Position numbers and translations under genes: made by a program
Notes under the pieces: generated by a model
The model's database searches: none
Told to the model about the DNA's origin: nothing
The model's input: the letters and a program-made list of their open reading frames with translations, nothing else
Shown: positions 28,214-38,259 of the stretch, piece by piece
How the letters are laid out: every line of letters starts with the position of its first letter
Position numbering within the stretch: position 1 is the first letter of the stretch
Assembly (NCBI GenBank): GCA_029258835.1
Contig: JAPDJY010000030.1
Span: 1-64,000, forward strand
DNA: 64,000 nt
Source of the DNA: Thermoproteota archaeon
GTDB lineage: Archaea; Asgardarchaeota; Jordiarchaeia; Jordiarchaeales; Freyrarchaeaceae
Direction: 5' to 3'

Positions 28214-29275
28214 ATGAGTATCCTACAGCTTATCGAACGCCTCCTTTCCATCCACAGTATTTCAGGTTTCGAAGATGAATTCTCGGAACTAGTAGCCTCC
28301 CTTATAGAGGAGAAGGTTGATGAGTTGGAGGTTGACCGAATAGGGAATGTTATAGCAAAAATTGAAGGCGAAGGATATGAACGTGTTCTAGTGGATGCCC
28401 ACATGGACGAGGTTGGATTCATTGTTAAAGCAATAGATGAAAACGGCTTCCTTCGCTTTACCAACCTTGGAGGAGTAGACAGGCGCATTTTGCCTGCTCA
28501 AAGAGTTATAATACACTCTTCCAAAGGGAAAATTAAAGGAGTCATCGGAGCTGTTCCACCCCACTTTACATCCGAGGAGGAACGCAGGAAGGTACCCGAC
28601 ATAGAGGATCTTTTCATAGACATTGGTGCTTCAAGCAGAGAGGATGTTGTCGAAGCCGGTGTTCAGGTTTCAGACCCTATCTCGTTTGATAGAGGTCTAG
28701 ATGCGCTTATTGGAAAAAGAATTTGTGGTAGGGGCTTTGATAATAAGCTTGGATGCGCGGTAGCTATAGAAACAATCTTTAACATTGAAAGAAGCAAGTT
28801 GCATGCTGACGTTTACTTCTCCTTTACCGTTGAAGAGGAAAGAGGCCTAAGAGGGGTGAGGCCAGTCGCTTTCAAAGTGAACCCGACGATAGCCATCCCG
28901 TTGGACACCACAGGGGCAGCAGACTACCCTAAAGTGAAACCATATATTTCATCAGTTTCCCTGGGGAAAGGTCCTGTTATAAGAGTCGCTGACAGAAAGT
29001 TCGTCGCCGATCAGTCAGTTAAACAATTCCTAGTGAATGTAGCAGAAAAAAATGGGATACCGTATCAAATAGGCGTTGTTATGGGTACGACGAATGCTAC
29101 AGCCGTGCAGCTAGCTAGGGAGGGAGTAGCAACCTGTCCCTTATGTATCCCTCTGCGTTACGCACACTCACCAGTAGAAGTAGCGGATCTCGATGACATA
29201 GAGAATACTGTGAGGCTTCTTGTCCATACGCTAATATCAATTAAATCGTTTAATCAGTTAAGCAAGAAATTTTAA
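28214..29275 (+). CDS. M42 family metallo-aminopeptidase (TET/Frv-like)
   Basis: DAHMDEVG, FIDIGASS, FDNKLG, EEERG and RYAHSPVE motifs. Confidence 0.92.
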   Translation: MSILQLIERLLSIHSISGFEDEFSELVASLIEEKVDELEVDRIGNVIAKIEGEGYERVLVDAHMDEVGFIVKAIDENGFLRFTNLGGVDRRILPAQRVIIHSSKGKIKGVIGAVPPHFTSEEERRKVPDIEDLFIDIGASSREDVVEAGVQVSDPISFDRGLDALIGKRICGRGFDNKLGCAVAIETIFNIERSKLHADVYFSFTVEEERGLRGVRPVAFKVNPTIAIPLDTTGAADYPKVKPYISSVSLGKGPVIRVADRKFVADQSVKQFLVNVAEKNGIPYQIGVVMGTTNATAVQLAREGVATCPLCIPLRYAHSPVEVADLDDIENTVRLLVHTLISIKSFNQLSKKF

Positions 29276-29497
29276 CTTCTTCTCTTCTTCTATAAGACTG
29301 GTTTGATGCTGCCTTTTAACCCCCTCCCAGCTTTTTAAAGGTAGACTGCGCAATCTTTAATAGCATCTGCTTTTTGGAGTGATAAATTTAAAAAAATAAG
29401 GAGAGAAAATGTTATGTAAAAGGCTCTCGGAAGAAAAATTCGCTTCTCTCATTTCGGTAAACTGTGATCTTTAAAAACTTCTTTGCAGGTGGCAGGG

Positions 29498-30025
29498 TTG
29501 AGTCAGGCGAAATATATATTCAAGATCGTGGTTTTAGGAGACGGCGCCGTCGGCAAGACCAGCTTAATTAAACGTTATACGGAGGAAAAATTTCAGTCGG
29601 ATTATATTCTAACAATTGGCGCTAACTTTGCCGTTAAAAACATTGAGGTAGACGGCGTAGTAGTTAAACTTCAAATATGGGATTTAGCCGGGCAGCCTCA
29701 ATTCAAGGAGGTCCGTGGCTCGTTTTATAGAGGTGCAGTCGGTGCGATGTATGTTTATGACGTATGCCGGGTAGAGAGCTATAATAGCCTTTTAAACTGG
29801 AAGGCTGAACTGACAAAGATATGCGGTGAGATACCTGGTGTCCTTCTTGCGAATAAAATCGACTTAGTCGATTATCGCAAAGTAACTCCTGAAATGGGGG
29901 CTGAACTTGCAGAGCGGCTTGGCGGTGTCCCTTACTTTGAGACCAGTGCTGCAACCGGTGTTGGAGTGGCAGAAGCTTTCCAGAAGATAGCAGAACTTGT
30001 TTATAAGGCGGCAACGCAAAAGTAG
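29498..30025 (+). CDS. Rab-like small GTPase (Ras superfamily)
   Basis: G1 GDGAVGKT, G2 TIG, G3 WDLAGQ, G4 NKID, G5 ETSA. TTG start follows AGGTGG. Confidence 0.92.
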   Translation: MSQAKYIFKIVVLGDGAVGKTSLIKRYTEEKFQSDYILTIGANFAVKNIEVDGVVVKLQIWDLAGQPQFKEVRGSFYRGAVGAMYVYDVCRVESYNSLLNWKAELTKICGEIPGVLLANKIDLVDYRKVTPEMGAELAERLGGVPYFETSAATGVGVAEAFQKIAELVYKAATQK

Positions 30026-30043
30026 TTTTACGTTTTTAGTTCC

Positions 30044-31222
30044 TTACTTTTTACATGCGAGTTTTCTGACGATTTCTTGTAATTCATTTAAAAATTGGGT
30101 AGCATGTTTTCTTTTAACGTGGGGCATTACCACTATTCGTAGAAACGTTGGGAATTTTCCCAGCGCCCACCCTTTCCTTCTAAGTTCCAAGTCAAGCTGG
30201 CATATATCTATCATCTCCGACGATATTCCAACTATGTTCATTAATGGTTTAACAGGTGTTCTGAGCCCCTCTATTTCCTCGATGCCCCTTTCAATAATAT
30301 GCGTTACTTGCATACATTTCCTAACTATTTTGATATAGCCCTCTATCCCTAAGTGTTTAAGTAGTGCCCACGTTGCGATAACGGTGGCTCCCGAACGCGT
30401 ACCTAAAATTATCGGGTGCTCGTATTTTCCTCCCGCTAAATATGGTATTTCAAAGCTATTATCTTTAAACATTTTCACGTCTCTAAGTAATATTCCCCCT
30501 GCAGGTATAGGGGCCATTCCCATCTTATGAGGATCTACCGTTATGGAGGATACTCCCTCAACTCTAAAATCAAACCTTGGAATTTCAATACCCATCCTCT
30601 CTAAGAAAGGAAGAACGAAGCCTCCAAAGGCCGCGTCAACGTGCAAATATAAATTCTTGTCTTCTGAAATGTCTGAAAGCGCTTCTATCGGGTCTACTGT
30701 TCCTAAAGCCGTGGTTCCGGCAACACCCACTATCGCAATGGTATTCTTGCTAATCTTACTCTGAACGTCATCAACGTTAACCCTGTACTCCTCGTCGAGG
30801 TTGGCCTTCACCAGTTTTAAGTCTAGAATGTCTGCTGCTTTATCGAAGGACGCATGGGCTGATTCTGGCACTATGACTTCTCTCCCGTTCCTCCCGAGTC
30901 TTCTAGACATATTTCTCGCAATTCGCATCGCTGTTATGTTAGCCTCCGTTCCTCCGCTAACTATTATCCCTGACGCTTCTGGATTCCCAAACAGACTTCC
31001 TAGCATCTTTATAACTTCTCTTTCTATCTGGAATGTCTGAGGGAAAAGTCCTGGATCCCCCAAGTTTTTCTCTAAATACTTGGAGACTATCTTCCTAGCG
31101 AGCGGATGAGGGATTGTGCACATGCTCCCAAGTATTCTTCCTGAACGATAATTCATGTCTAGGGATAGCCTACTTTCAAGTTCCTCTAGAACCTTCTCAA
31201 CTTCAACTCCTTTCTCCTCCAT
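30044..31222 (-). CDS. mfnA: PLP-dependent tyrosine/aspartate decarboxylase (MfnA family; likely aspartate decarboxylase for beta-alanine)
   Basis: ILGSMCT, NLGDPGLFP, SGGTEAN, HVDAAFGG and DPHKMG motifs; adjacent to panE, pps and pok. Confidence 0.9.
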   Translation of the reverse strand: MEEKGVEVEKVLEELESRLSLDMNYRSGRILGSMCTIPHPLARKIVSKYLEKNLGDPGLFPQTFQIEREVIKMLGSLFGNPEASGIIVSGGTEANITAMRIARNMSRRLGRNGREVIVPESAHASFDKAADILDLKLVKANLDEEYRVNVDDVQSKISKNTIAIVGVAGTTALGTVDPIEALSDISEDKNLYLHVDAAFGGFVLPFLERMGIEIPRFDFRVEGVSSITVDPHKMGMAPIPAGGILLRDVKMFKDNSFEIPYLAGGKYEHPIILGTRSGATVIATWALLKHLGIEGYIKIVRKCMQVTHIIERGIEEIEGLRTPVKPLMNIVGISSEMIDICQLDLELRRKGWALGKFPTFLRIVVMPHVKRKHATQFLNELQEIVRKLACKK

Positions 31223-31228
31223 TTCCGT

Positions 31229-32155
31229 TCACGCCTCTCTGCTTCGCTGCCTCTCCTCCAAAGCCTTAATTATAGCAGTTACAGCGAGGTTTGCAGGTGT
31301 ATCCACTCCAACCATCGCACCATATCTGACTATTGCGCCATTAATGTAATCTATTTCGGTCCTCTTCCCTTTTTCTAAGTCCTGAAGCATAGAGTTTTTG
31401 TTTTCAGCAGTCATTTTAGCGACATGAATGGTCTTATTCACAGGGTTCTCCGTAAAGCTTATTTTGTATTTGTTTGCGACTTGCACCCCTTCCTTTACCA
31501 GAACCTTCATAGCTTCTACTAACTGTGGATGTTTAAGTATCTCCCCATTTTTTAGCCCTGTAATTGCTCCAATGGGGTTTATCCCCGCATTAACTAAAAC
31601 CTTTGTCCAAACATCTCCTTCGATAAAATCAGATGTTCTCGTATCAAACCCGGCCTCATTAAAAAGCTCTACGATTTCTTCCACTTTTGAAGGTAGAGAA
31701 GTGAATGGAGCTCCAATTATAGTTTCTCCTCTTCCAGTATGATATACTATTCCTGGAGCTGCAAGCAAGGCTCCCTCAGAAGTCACTCCTCTCAATATCC
31801 TGCTTTTTCCAAGAATCTCCGCTGCCTCGCCCTCTGTACCTAACCCATTTTGGAGGCATAGCACTAAAGTATCTCTTTTCATTAACGGTTTGGCATCTAA
31901 GGCCGCCGCTTTAGTGTCGTATGCCTTGACTGTTAAAAGTAATATGTCTGCTTTACCTGCATCTAACGGGTTAGATGTTGCTTTTACATCGACCACTAAC
32001 TCCTTTTCATCCTTTAACCTTAGCCCCCTTTCCCTTATGGCCCTTACATGCCTTTCTCTGCCGATGAGAACCACGTTAACACCCAATCGTGCAAGCATCC
32101 CTCCGAAAAGGCTTCCTATAGACCCTGCGCCTAAAACAACGATCTTCATTTTCAT
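31229..32155 (-). CDS. panE: 2-dehydropantoate 2-reductase
   Basis: GAGSIG, VKAYD, LQNGLG, KVLVNAGINP and SMLQD...TEIDYINGAI motifs. Confidence 0.93.
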   Translation of the reverse strand: MKMKIVVLGAGSIGSLFGGMLARLGVNVVLIGRERHVRAIRERGLRLKDEKELVVDVKATSNPLDAGKADILLLTVKAYDTKAAALDAKPLMKRDTLVLCLQNGLGTEGEAAEILGKSRILRGVTSEGALLAAPGIVYHTGRGETIIGAPFTSLPSKVEEIVELFNEAGFDTRTSDFIEGDVWTKVLVNAGINPIGAITGLKNGEILKHPQLVEAMKVLVKEGVQVANKYKISFTENPVNKTIHVAKMTAENKNSMLQDLEKGKRTEIDYINGAIVRYGAMVGVDTPANLAVTAIIKALEERQRSREA

Positions 32156-32352
32156 CCCTTCAGAAGGCGGAAACGCATCCCTTACTGCCTTCTCTTTTTG
32201 TTTTTCTAAATATTTTTAGTGAGAGACGGGTTCTTTTTCGAATTGTTATCTAAAAATTTCAGGTTAGTTTTTGTAGAAAACATAACCACTATTTCCCTGC
32301 CTCTCACCTTCATGGAAAGAGATGTTTTAATTTTCTGGAAGCATAGATGGGT

Positions 32353-33177
32353 TTACTTTGAAATTTCATCTTGGCAGACCTCAAGGTAAACTTCTGAAAT
32401 TTCAGGTATGGTCCCTCCTGCCTCTGCTATCTGAGTTAATCTATCCCTTATTATTTTCAGCGTCTCTGACAGTACCTCCCTGTTATCATATTCCTTTAGT
32501 ATTTTTACAAGTTCTTTTTCAGGTTTTTTCTTGAGTTTTCGTGTTTCCTTTACTAAGAGAGGCATGCACCGAACGATGTTATCGACTATGGTTATGCTTG
32601 CAAGCTGAGCTGTTCTGCTGAGCGGGTTTAGGTCTATCGCGATGACCGTTTTCCCCATTTTTCTGAGGGCTTGTGTTCTGTCTCCATCCTCGATTGGCAC
32701 AAGGACGGTGTCTGCAATTAATATCCCTCTTCTATCCACAACCCTTCTAACACTTGAAATCTCCGGGATCTCCCCATTCGCCGTCTCTCCTACTCCTAAA
32801 ATTTCTTTCGCCCCTGCTTCTTCCAAAACCCTTTTTATTGCTTCGAGCCGTTCGGGTCTCCTATAAAACAGGTTTATTTCTATTTTGGCTCCTACTTCTT
32901 CTGCGAGCTCAACGGTCTCCTTTGGTGACAATGCTGCCAAGTTCCCATTAACACTTATTACAGGGTACCTGGCAAGTAAAAGCGCTGCTGCTGCTGCGCG
33001 AATTGCTTTCTTAGCCGGTTCCTGCGTTCTTTCACCGAGTAAGTAATCGAAAGCTTCTCCTCTGCCATGAGCGATAAGTCCTGCTTTCGCAACGATGTCA
33101 TGTTCCATTCCATGTATGATTTTATGCCGTATTCTAAGTGATTCTGCCCTAGGATGCCCTGGCGGGATCTCACTCAT
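32353..33177 (-). CDS. pps: 4-phosphopantoate--beta-alanine ligase (archaeal phosphopantothenate synthetase)
   Basis: HPRAESL, GLIAHGRGEAFDYLLGE, SVNGN, EDGDR and IDLNPLSRTA motifs. Confidence 0.93.
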   Translation of the reverse strand: MSEIPPGHPRAESLRIRHKIIHGMEHDIVAKAGLIAHGRGEAFDYLLGERTQEPAKKAIRAAAAALLLARYPVISVNGNLAALSPKETVELAEEVGAKIEINLFYRRPERLEAIKRVLEEAGAKEILGVGETANGEIPEISSVRRVVDRRGILIADTVLVPIEDGDRTQALRKMGKTVIAIDLNPLSRTAQLASITIVDNIVRCMPLLVKETRKLKKKPEKELVKILKEYDNREVLSETLKIIRDRLTQIAEAGGTIPEISEVYLEVCQDEISK

Positions 33178-33201
33178 ATTTGTTTTTCCTCCTTGGGATT
33201 T

Positions 33202-34119
33202 CTATAGGAGTCTGGCGCCTTTGAAGTCTATTTTACATATCTTAATGAATCCTCTGGGCATACAACTTTTAATAATCTTATATGCCTTTTTGGCTTTGTT
33301 AGATGGTGTAATGCAGAAAACGCTTTCTCCCAGCATTACCATGCTACAGTCCTTGAATCCTTCTTTTTCGAGTTTTAAAAGCGTCTTTTTAACTTTCTCA
33401 GAAGCTAATTTAACCTTATGCATAAATTCTCTTGAAAGTTTCATCATTTTTTCAATATGTGCGTCTCTTAGAATCTCATTGATAAGTTGCTCTCCTGACA
33501 AGTTTATTCTCGCCCTTTTTTCCTTATCTGAGAGAACATTCTTCGTTTTTAAAACTCCTTCTGATCCGCAGACTACAACATAGTTCTCTGGAACTGGTAT
33601 GGTGTCTACTACTCCATACCCTGGAGCTCCCTCTTTTACCCTGATCTCTACACCTCCAACGCTTTGAGATATTACATCACCTAGTCCTGTAAGGTTTTCC
33701 ACCTCAATTAAATGTGCTATTTGGCCTACCTTATTCTTCGTTAAACCTAGTTTTAACGCCTCATTTATGGCTAAAGCGGTACTAAATGCAGCTGCTCCGC
33801 TGGCTCCGAATCCTGCATAAACCGGAATTTGCATTTCTTGCCTTATAGTTAAACTATACTTCTCTGAATATTTCTCATTAGCAATTTTCAGCATTTTTTC
33901 AGCCGTATCCTTAGTTACCTTTACATTGTCAACCTTCATGTTAACAAAAATCTTGATCTCATTCTCTTTTGCAGGTTTTGCTTCAACCGTAGTTATTATT
34001 CCTCTATTTAAGCATACTCCGGCGCCGAGAGATCCTATCTTCAAAGGATCTCTCTCTTCGTTGCATACCCGAAAAAAACCCGTTATGTGTGCTGGACAAA
34101 ACGCCCTCGAGTAAGCCAA
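33202..34119 (-). CDS. pok: Pantoate kinase (GHMP family)
   Basis: AFCPAHITGFF, GSLGAG, GFGASGA and TGLGDV motifs. Confidence 0.9.
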   Translation of the reverse strand: MAYSRAFCPAHITGFFRVCNEERDPLKIGSLGAGVCLNRGIITTVEAKPAKENEIKIFVNMKVDNVKVTKDTAEKMLKIANEKYSEKYSLTIRQEMQIPVYAGFGASGAAAFSTALAINEALKLGLTKNKVGQIAHLIEVENLTGLGDVISQSVGGVEIRVKEGAPGYGVVDTIPVPENYVVVCGSEGVLKTKNVLSDKEKRARINLSGEQLINEILRDAHIEKMMKLSREFMHKVKLASEKVKKTLLKLEKEGFKDCSMVMLGESVFCITPSNKAKKAYKIIKSCMPRGFIKICKIDFKGARLL

Positions 34120-34483
34120 CTTTAGTCCATCCTTCCAATGCGATCGCTTGTTTTCTTGTCTTCAAGTCTCTTGCTAACTTACTAAGATATAAGGTTTTTC
34201 TGTCTTAAGTATATAGTATCGGTTATTTCTTGTTATTTTTTAAATTTTTTAATAAAAAATCGTTAGCTGTCTCACTGAACCATCTATTTGTCTCGATAAA
34301 ATTCCCTCTTATTTTTATGTTACTCCTTGTTAATCACCATTCTTCGTTTTGAGCTCTCCTTTCCTTTTTTCCGTTAAAAAGACATTTCTTTTCTGCTAAA
34401 TAGTCCTTCTTTTCCTTTTAATCTTTCATTTTATCCTAGAAAATCATTAATTTAGAAGGGCTACCTCTCCTAAGGGTGTTGAA

Positions 34484-35473
34484 ATGGAATCTTTGAAATG
34501 TCCAGATTGTAAAGTGCGTGTAATTATTCATGCGGGAGAATACGTATGCCCAAATTGCGGCCTCGTAGTTGGATATAATATGACTTCTCCTCTCTACAGA
34601 ATATCTTCAGAGGAGCCTATCAGGGGAATGTGGGTGAACCCTGAGCCCCAGTCAGGAAGCTATATTGGCTATGAGCACTCATTTATTTTCAAGGACTCAA
34701 AGGGCAATCTCATTCCACCCAATAGGCAAGTAATTTATAAGCGTCTAAAGGTTAAAGCCTTTCGAGAAAGGTTAAAAGCACTCAACAGCGCTCACCACCG
34801 TGCCATTTCAGCTCTTAGAAGAGCCTGCGATAACCTTGAACTCCAACCCTTCGTCAGAGAACGTGCAATATACTTATACAAATACATAGTTCGTCATCGG
34901 AAGGTAAGTAATAACATTTTACTTGTAGCAGCCTGCCTCCTTTATGCTATTAGAGAACAGAAAATGCGTGCCCCAGTAACGTTAACAGAACTTTCTAACG
35001 CCTTTAAAATGCTAGGATATAATGTCACTCCAAAAAGATTAACCAAAATGTTCTTCTTGATTCGCAGAATTACAGGGGAACATCATGAACTACGTAAAAG
35101 TGAAGAGTATATTCCAAGAGCAATTAACACCCTCTTAGAATCCGAAGAAGTTATTGTAAGGATCGAGGAGAGAGGCATAAACTTAGAAGAATACAAAAAC
35201 GAGTTATTATCAAAATGTATGACGATTCTCTCTGAAATAAATCTTAAAGAGCGAGGTGGTCGCAGACCGTTCACGCTAGCTGCAGCCGTCATCTACTGTG
35301 CAGATAAATTGATATCACTAAGGAAAGGTACATCACCTGTTTTAACACAGAGACTCGTATCCCACATTCTAGGTGTAGCAGCATATAGTCTAAGAGATCA
35401 CTACAGTACTTTACTTAAATCAAAGTACATTAAAACCATCTCACGACGATTCAAACAAGCCATGCCATTCTAA
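34484..35473 (+). CDS. Divergent transcription initiation factor IIB (TFB) paralog
   Basis: N-terminal Zn ribbon CPDC...YVCPNCGLV; two cyclin-like repeats (AACLLYAIR; GRRPFTLAAAVIY...TQRLVS). Confidence 0.75.
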   Translation: MESLKCPDCKVRVIIHAGEYVCPNCGLVVGYNMTSPLYRISSEEPIRGMWVNPEPQSGSYIGYEHSFIFKDSKGNLIPPNRQVIYKRLKVKAFRERLKALNSAHHRAISALRRACDNLELQPFVRERAIYLYKYIVRHRKVSNNILLVAACLLYAIREQKMRAPVTLTELSNAFKMLGYNVTPKRLTKMFFLIRRITGEHHELRKSEEYIPRAINTLLESEEVIVRIEERGINLEEYKNELLSKCMTILSEINLKERGGRRPFTLAAAVIYCADKLISLRKGTSPVLTQRLVSHILGVAAYSLRDHYSTLLKSKYIKTISRRFKQAMPF

Positions 35474-35655
35474 TTCCCTTTCTGAATATCCATAGTTTTT
35501 CATTTTCATTCATATTATCTGTTCATACTCGAACAGACTAACTAAAATACTTATTCTTCTTTTTTTGCGTTTAAAAGCTTAAATAGTTTCATCACCTATA
35601 GGTAAAATAGAGTAGTTCTTAATTGTAGATAACAACCTTCTCTGAGGTAGTTGCT

Positions 35656-36957
35656 TTGCCCGCTGAGCACACCTCAAAACAAATTATTGGAACAAAAAGT
35701 CAGATCCTTAGAGGGAAAAAGATCGCCCTCTGTATAACAGGCAGTGTAGCCGCAATAGAATGCCCAATAATAGCTAGGGAGCTAATGAGGCATGGAGCGG
35801 AAGTTTATGCTGTAATGTCTCCTGCGGCCATGAAGTTAATTTCACCTGCTCTCATGGAATGGGCAACAGGTAACCCTGTCATAACAAAGCTTACTGGGAA
35901 AGTTGAACATATCACTCTTGCTGGAGATCACCCTGATGCTGTTTCTTTAGTTTTGGTTGCACCAGCCACAGCCAATACTATAAGTAAGATAGCTTATGGC
36001 ATAGACGACACTCCTGTAACAACAGTTGTCACTACTGCTATCGGTGCCGGAATTCCAATAGTTGTTGTACCTGCTATGCACGAGTCAATGTATCGTCACC
36101 CAATTATACTTGAAAATCTGAAAAGGTTAGAGAAATATGGAATAGAGATCGTTGGCCCTCGCTTTGAAGAAGGAAAGGCCAAAATTGCCCACATCAACAC
36201 GGTAGTTGCAAAAGTAATAGAACGCCTTTCGAAGAAAAAGGATATGGAAGGACTAAAGGTTCTTGTTACTGGTGGGCCAACAAGGGAATACATAGATGCT
36301 ATAAGATACATAAGCAATCCGAGTAGTGGCCGCATGGGCGTCGCCCTAGCAGAGGAAAGTGCTCTCCGCGGCGCAGAAGTAACACTAATTTACGGTGCCG
36401 GTGCCGTTGAACCCCCCTTTACTGTCCAGTTAATTAAGGTTGAAACCACAAGAGAAATGTTAGACGCTGCATTATCTGAGGTAAGTAAAAACTGCTACGA
36501 CATAATAATATGTGCCGCCGCTGTTGCTGATTACGCTCCAAAAACAAGGGTAAATGAAAAAATTTCATCTGGAAAAGAAAACCTAACGATAACTCTCACA
36601 CCATTACCTAAGGTTATTGACGCAATAAGAATCGCCGCACCAAAAGCTTTTCTGGTAGGATTTAAAGCAGAGTACAATGTTTCCAAGGAGGAATTAATTG
36701 CCCGTGCAATAGAGAAGCTTAAAAATGCAAACCTCGACATGGTCGTCGCTAACGACGTGTCTAGGCATGATTCAGGCTTTGCCGCAGAGACGAATGAGGT
36801 CTACATTGTTGACAAGCAAGAAAATGTTTATCACGTACCATTAGCCCCTAAGAAAGTTGTCGCATCAAAGATCCTCGATCTAATCCTCGAAAAACTTCTA
36901 GAAGAAAAGGAGAAACTAGCTGAAGAACAAATAATAAGTCATACAGGTGAAGCATAA
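35656..36957 (+). CDS. coaBC: Bifunctional phosphopantothenoylcysteine decarboxylase / phosphopantothenate-cysteine ligase
   Basis: TGSVAA, APATANTISK, PAMH, TGGPTRE...RYISNPSSGRMG, AAVADY and GFKAE motifs. Confidence 0.95.
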   Translation: MPAEHTSKQIIGTKSQILRGKKIALCITGSVAAIECPIIARELMRHGAEVYAVMSPAAMKLISPALMEWATGNPVITKLTGKVEHITLAGDHPDAVSLVLVAPATANTISKIAYGIDDTPVTTVVTTAIGAGIPIVVVPAMHESMYRHPIILENLKRLEKYGIEIVGPRFEEGKAKIAHINTVVAKVIERLSKKKDMEGLKVLVTGGPTREYIDAIRYISNPSSGRMGVALAEESALRGAEVTLIYGAGAVEPPFTVQLIKVETTREMLDAALSEVSKNCYDIIICAAAVADYAPKTRVNEKISSGKENLTITLTPLPKVIDAIRIAAPKAFLVGFKAEYNVSKEELIARAIEKLKNANLDMVVANDVSRHDSGFAAETNEVYIVDKQENVYHVPLAPKKVVASKILDLILEKLLEEKEKLAEEQIISHTGEA

Positions 36958-36966
36958 AAGATGTCT

Positions 36967-37251
36967 TCAACTTCCTCTCCCAGCAGCGTCTAATATAACT
37001 TTAACGATTGCATCTTCATCTATTCCAAGAAGCGTAATCTTCCTATCCTTTATAAACTCTAAAATAGTACTTCTCACCTCCTTAATGGTTCGTCCCGCTA
37101 GTACCCTCTCCAACTTCTCCAGTTCCTCCTCTGGATAGAAATAAAAGTCACCAGTTATCTTAACATAATTAATTAATTCTTTTTCTAATTCTATCTCCGC
37201 CTCTATCATTTTCCCTCCAGGAACCTTCAGCCTCGCGCTTCCCCGCATCAT
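36967..37251 (-). CDS. Stand-alone lipoate-protein ligase C-terminal (accessory) domain protein
   Basis: KVPGGKMI...VKITGDFYFYPEE...LE. Confidence 0.8.
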   Translation of the reverse strand: MMRGSARLKVPGGKMIEAEIELEKELINYVKITGDFYFYPEEELEKLERVLAGRTIKEVRSTILEFIKDRKITLLGIDEDAIVKVILDAAGRGS

Positions 37252-38189
37252 TCCTCCCTTCCCTTCACCTCTAAATTAACTTCTTCACCTACTCTAAAGT
37301 TAGGCTTTCCCCTCTTTAAAGGTATTATCTTTATTAAGCATCTACCTAGACTTATAAATGCGGAGACGCCTCTTATCCTTTCCCCCTTGCACATAATGCT
37401 AAGGGGGCACACTCTGAAGGTGACGCCACTACCCACTTTCCCACAAACTTTACCCATCATTACGCCTTTAAACATGATGGGGGTACCCTGCTCTACCTCA
37501 ACGCCCTCCTTAAGGATCACTCCCCCCCTATTATAATGAGGGAGTCCACAGTCAAGAATACCAAAGTGCCTCCCTACTCTTACACCCACCCCCCTAAATA
37601 ATCCAACCTTCATGATGTACTCGCTGGGAACGCTTGCCAATGCATAATCTTCGCATGCAAAAACAACCTCACACGGTAATACCTCTCCCTCAACTTCTTC
37701 CCTCCAAAAGGGCTTACTAACCCTACTTAAACCTTCCAACTTTATTGGAAACGACTTCTTAGCTCTGAGTGCGTCCTCAGGACGTTTCACCTCTAAATGT
37801 ACATGAAGGCTTGTCCATGGATCAAAAAACCCGCTTCTCAAAGGTCGCCCTACACCATTTCCTAACTCTATCTCGTCTCCAACCTGCACAGAGGGTCTAA
37901 CATGCATCATCCTAACTATCAAATCAGGCCTTTCTACAGCTTTCACCATGATCAAGTAATCATACTCTTCATGAGGAAATTTCCTAGACGGCGTACGAAC
38001 CCTTCTAATATCGACAACCCTGCCAGGAGTTAAGCACGGTACCTCCTCACCCCCCCAAAGAAAGTATACATCCATCGCTCCTCCATAAGTATGTGCATGA
38101 TACGGGCTGTTAAACAAGGAAAAATAGTCGACGCCTCTTACTTTACGTATTGATATCCTCTCACAAATACCTATTACGACCATCATCAA
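37248..38189 (-). CDS. Hypothetical protein with M23-peptidase-like motifs
   Basis: HTYGGAMD...MHV...RSGFF...HVHLEV. Confidence 0.6.
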   Translation of the reverse strand: MMMVVIGICERISIRKVRGVDYFSLFNSPYHAHTYGGAMDVYFLWGGEEVPCLTPGRVVDIRRVRTPSRKFPHEEYDYLIMVKAVERPDLIVRMMHVRPSVQVGDEIELGNGVGRPLRSGFFDPWTSLHVHLEVKRPEDALRAKKSFPIKLEGLSRVSKPFWREEVEGEVLPCEVVFACEDYALASVPSEYIMKVGLFRGVGVRVGRHFGILDCGLPHYNRGGVILKEGVEVEQGTPIMFKGVMMGKVCGKVGSGVTFRVCPLSIMCKGERIRGVSAFISLGRCLIKIIPLKRGKPNFRVGEEVNLEVKGREE

Positions 38190-38259
38190 CCCTCTAACCG
38201 GATAGTTTTTATCTTGTTCTAAACATCTTTAGAATGTAAAAATATCCAACGGTGGCAAA

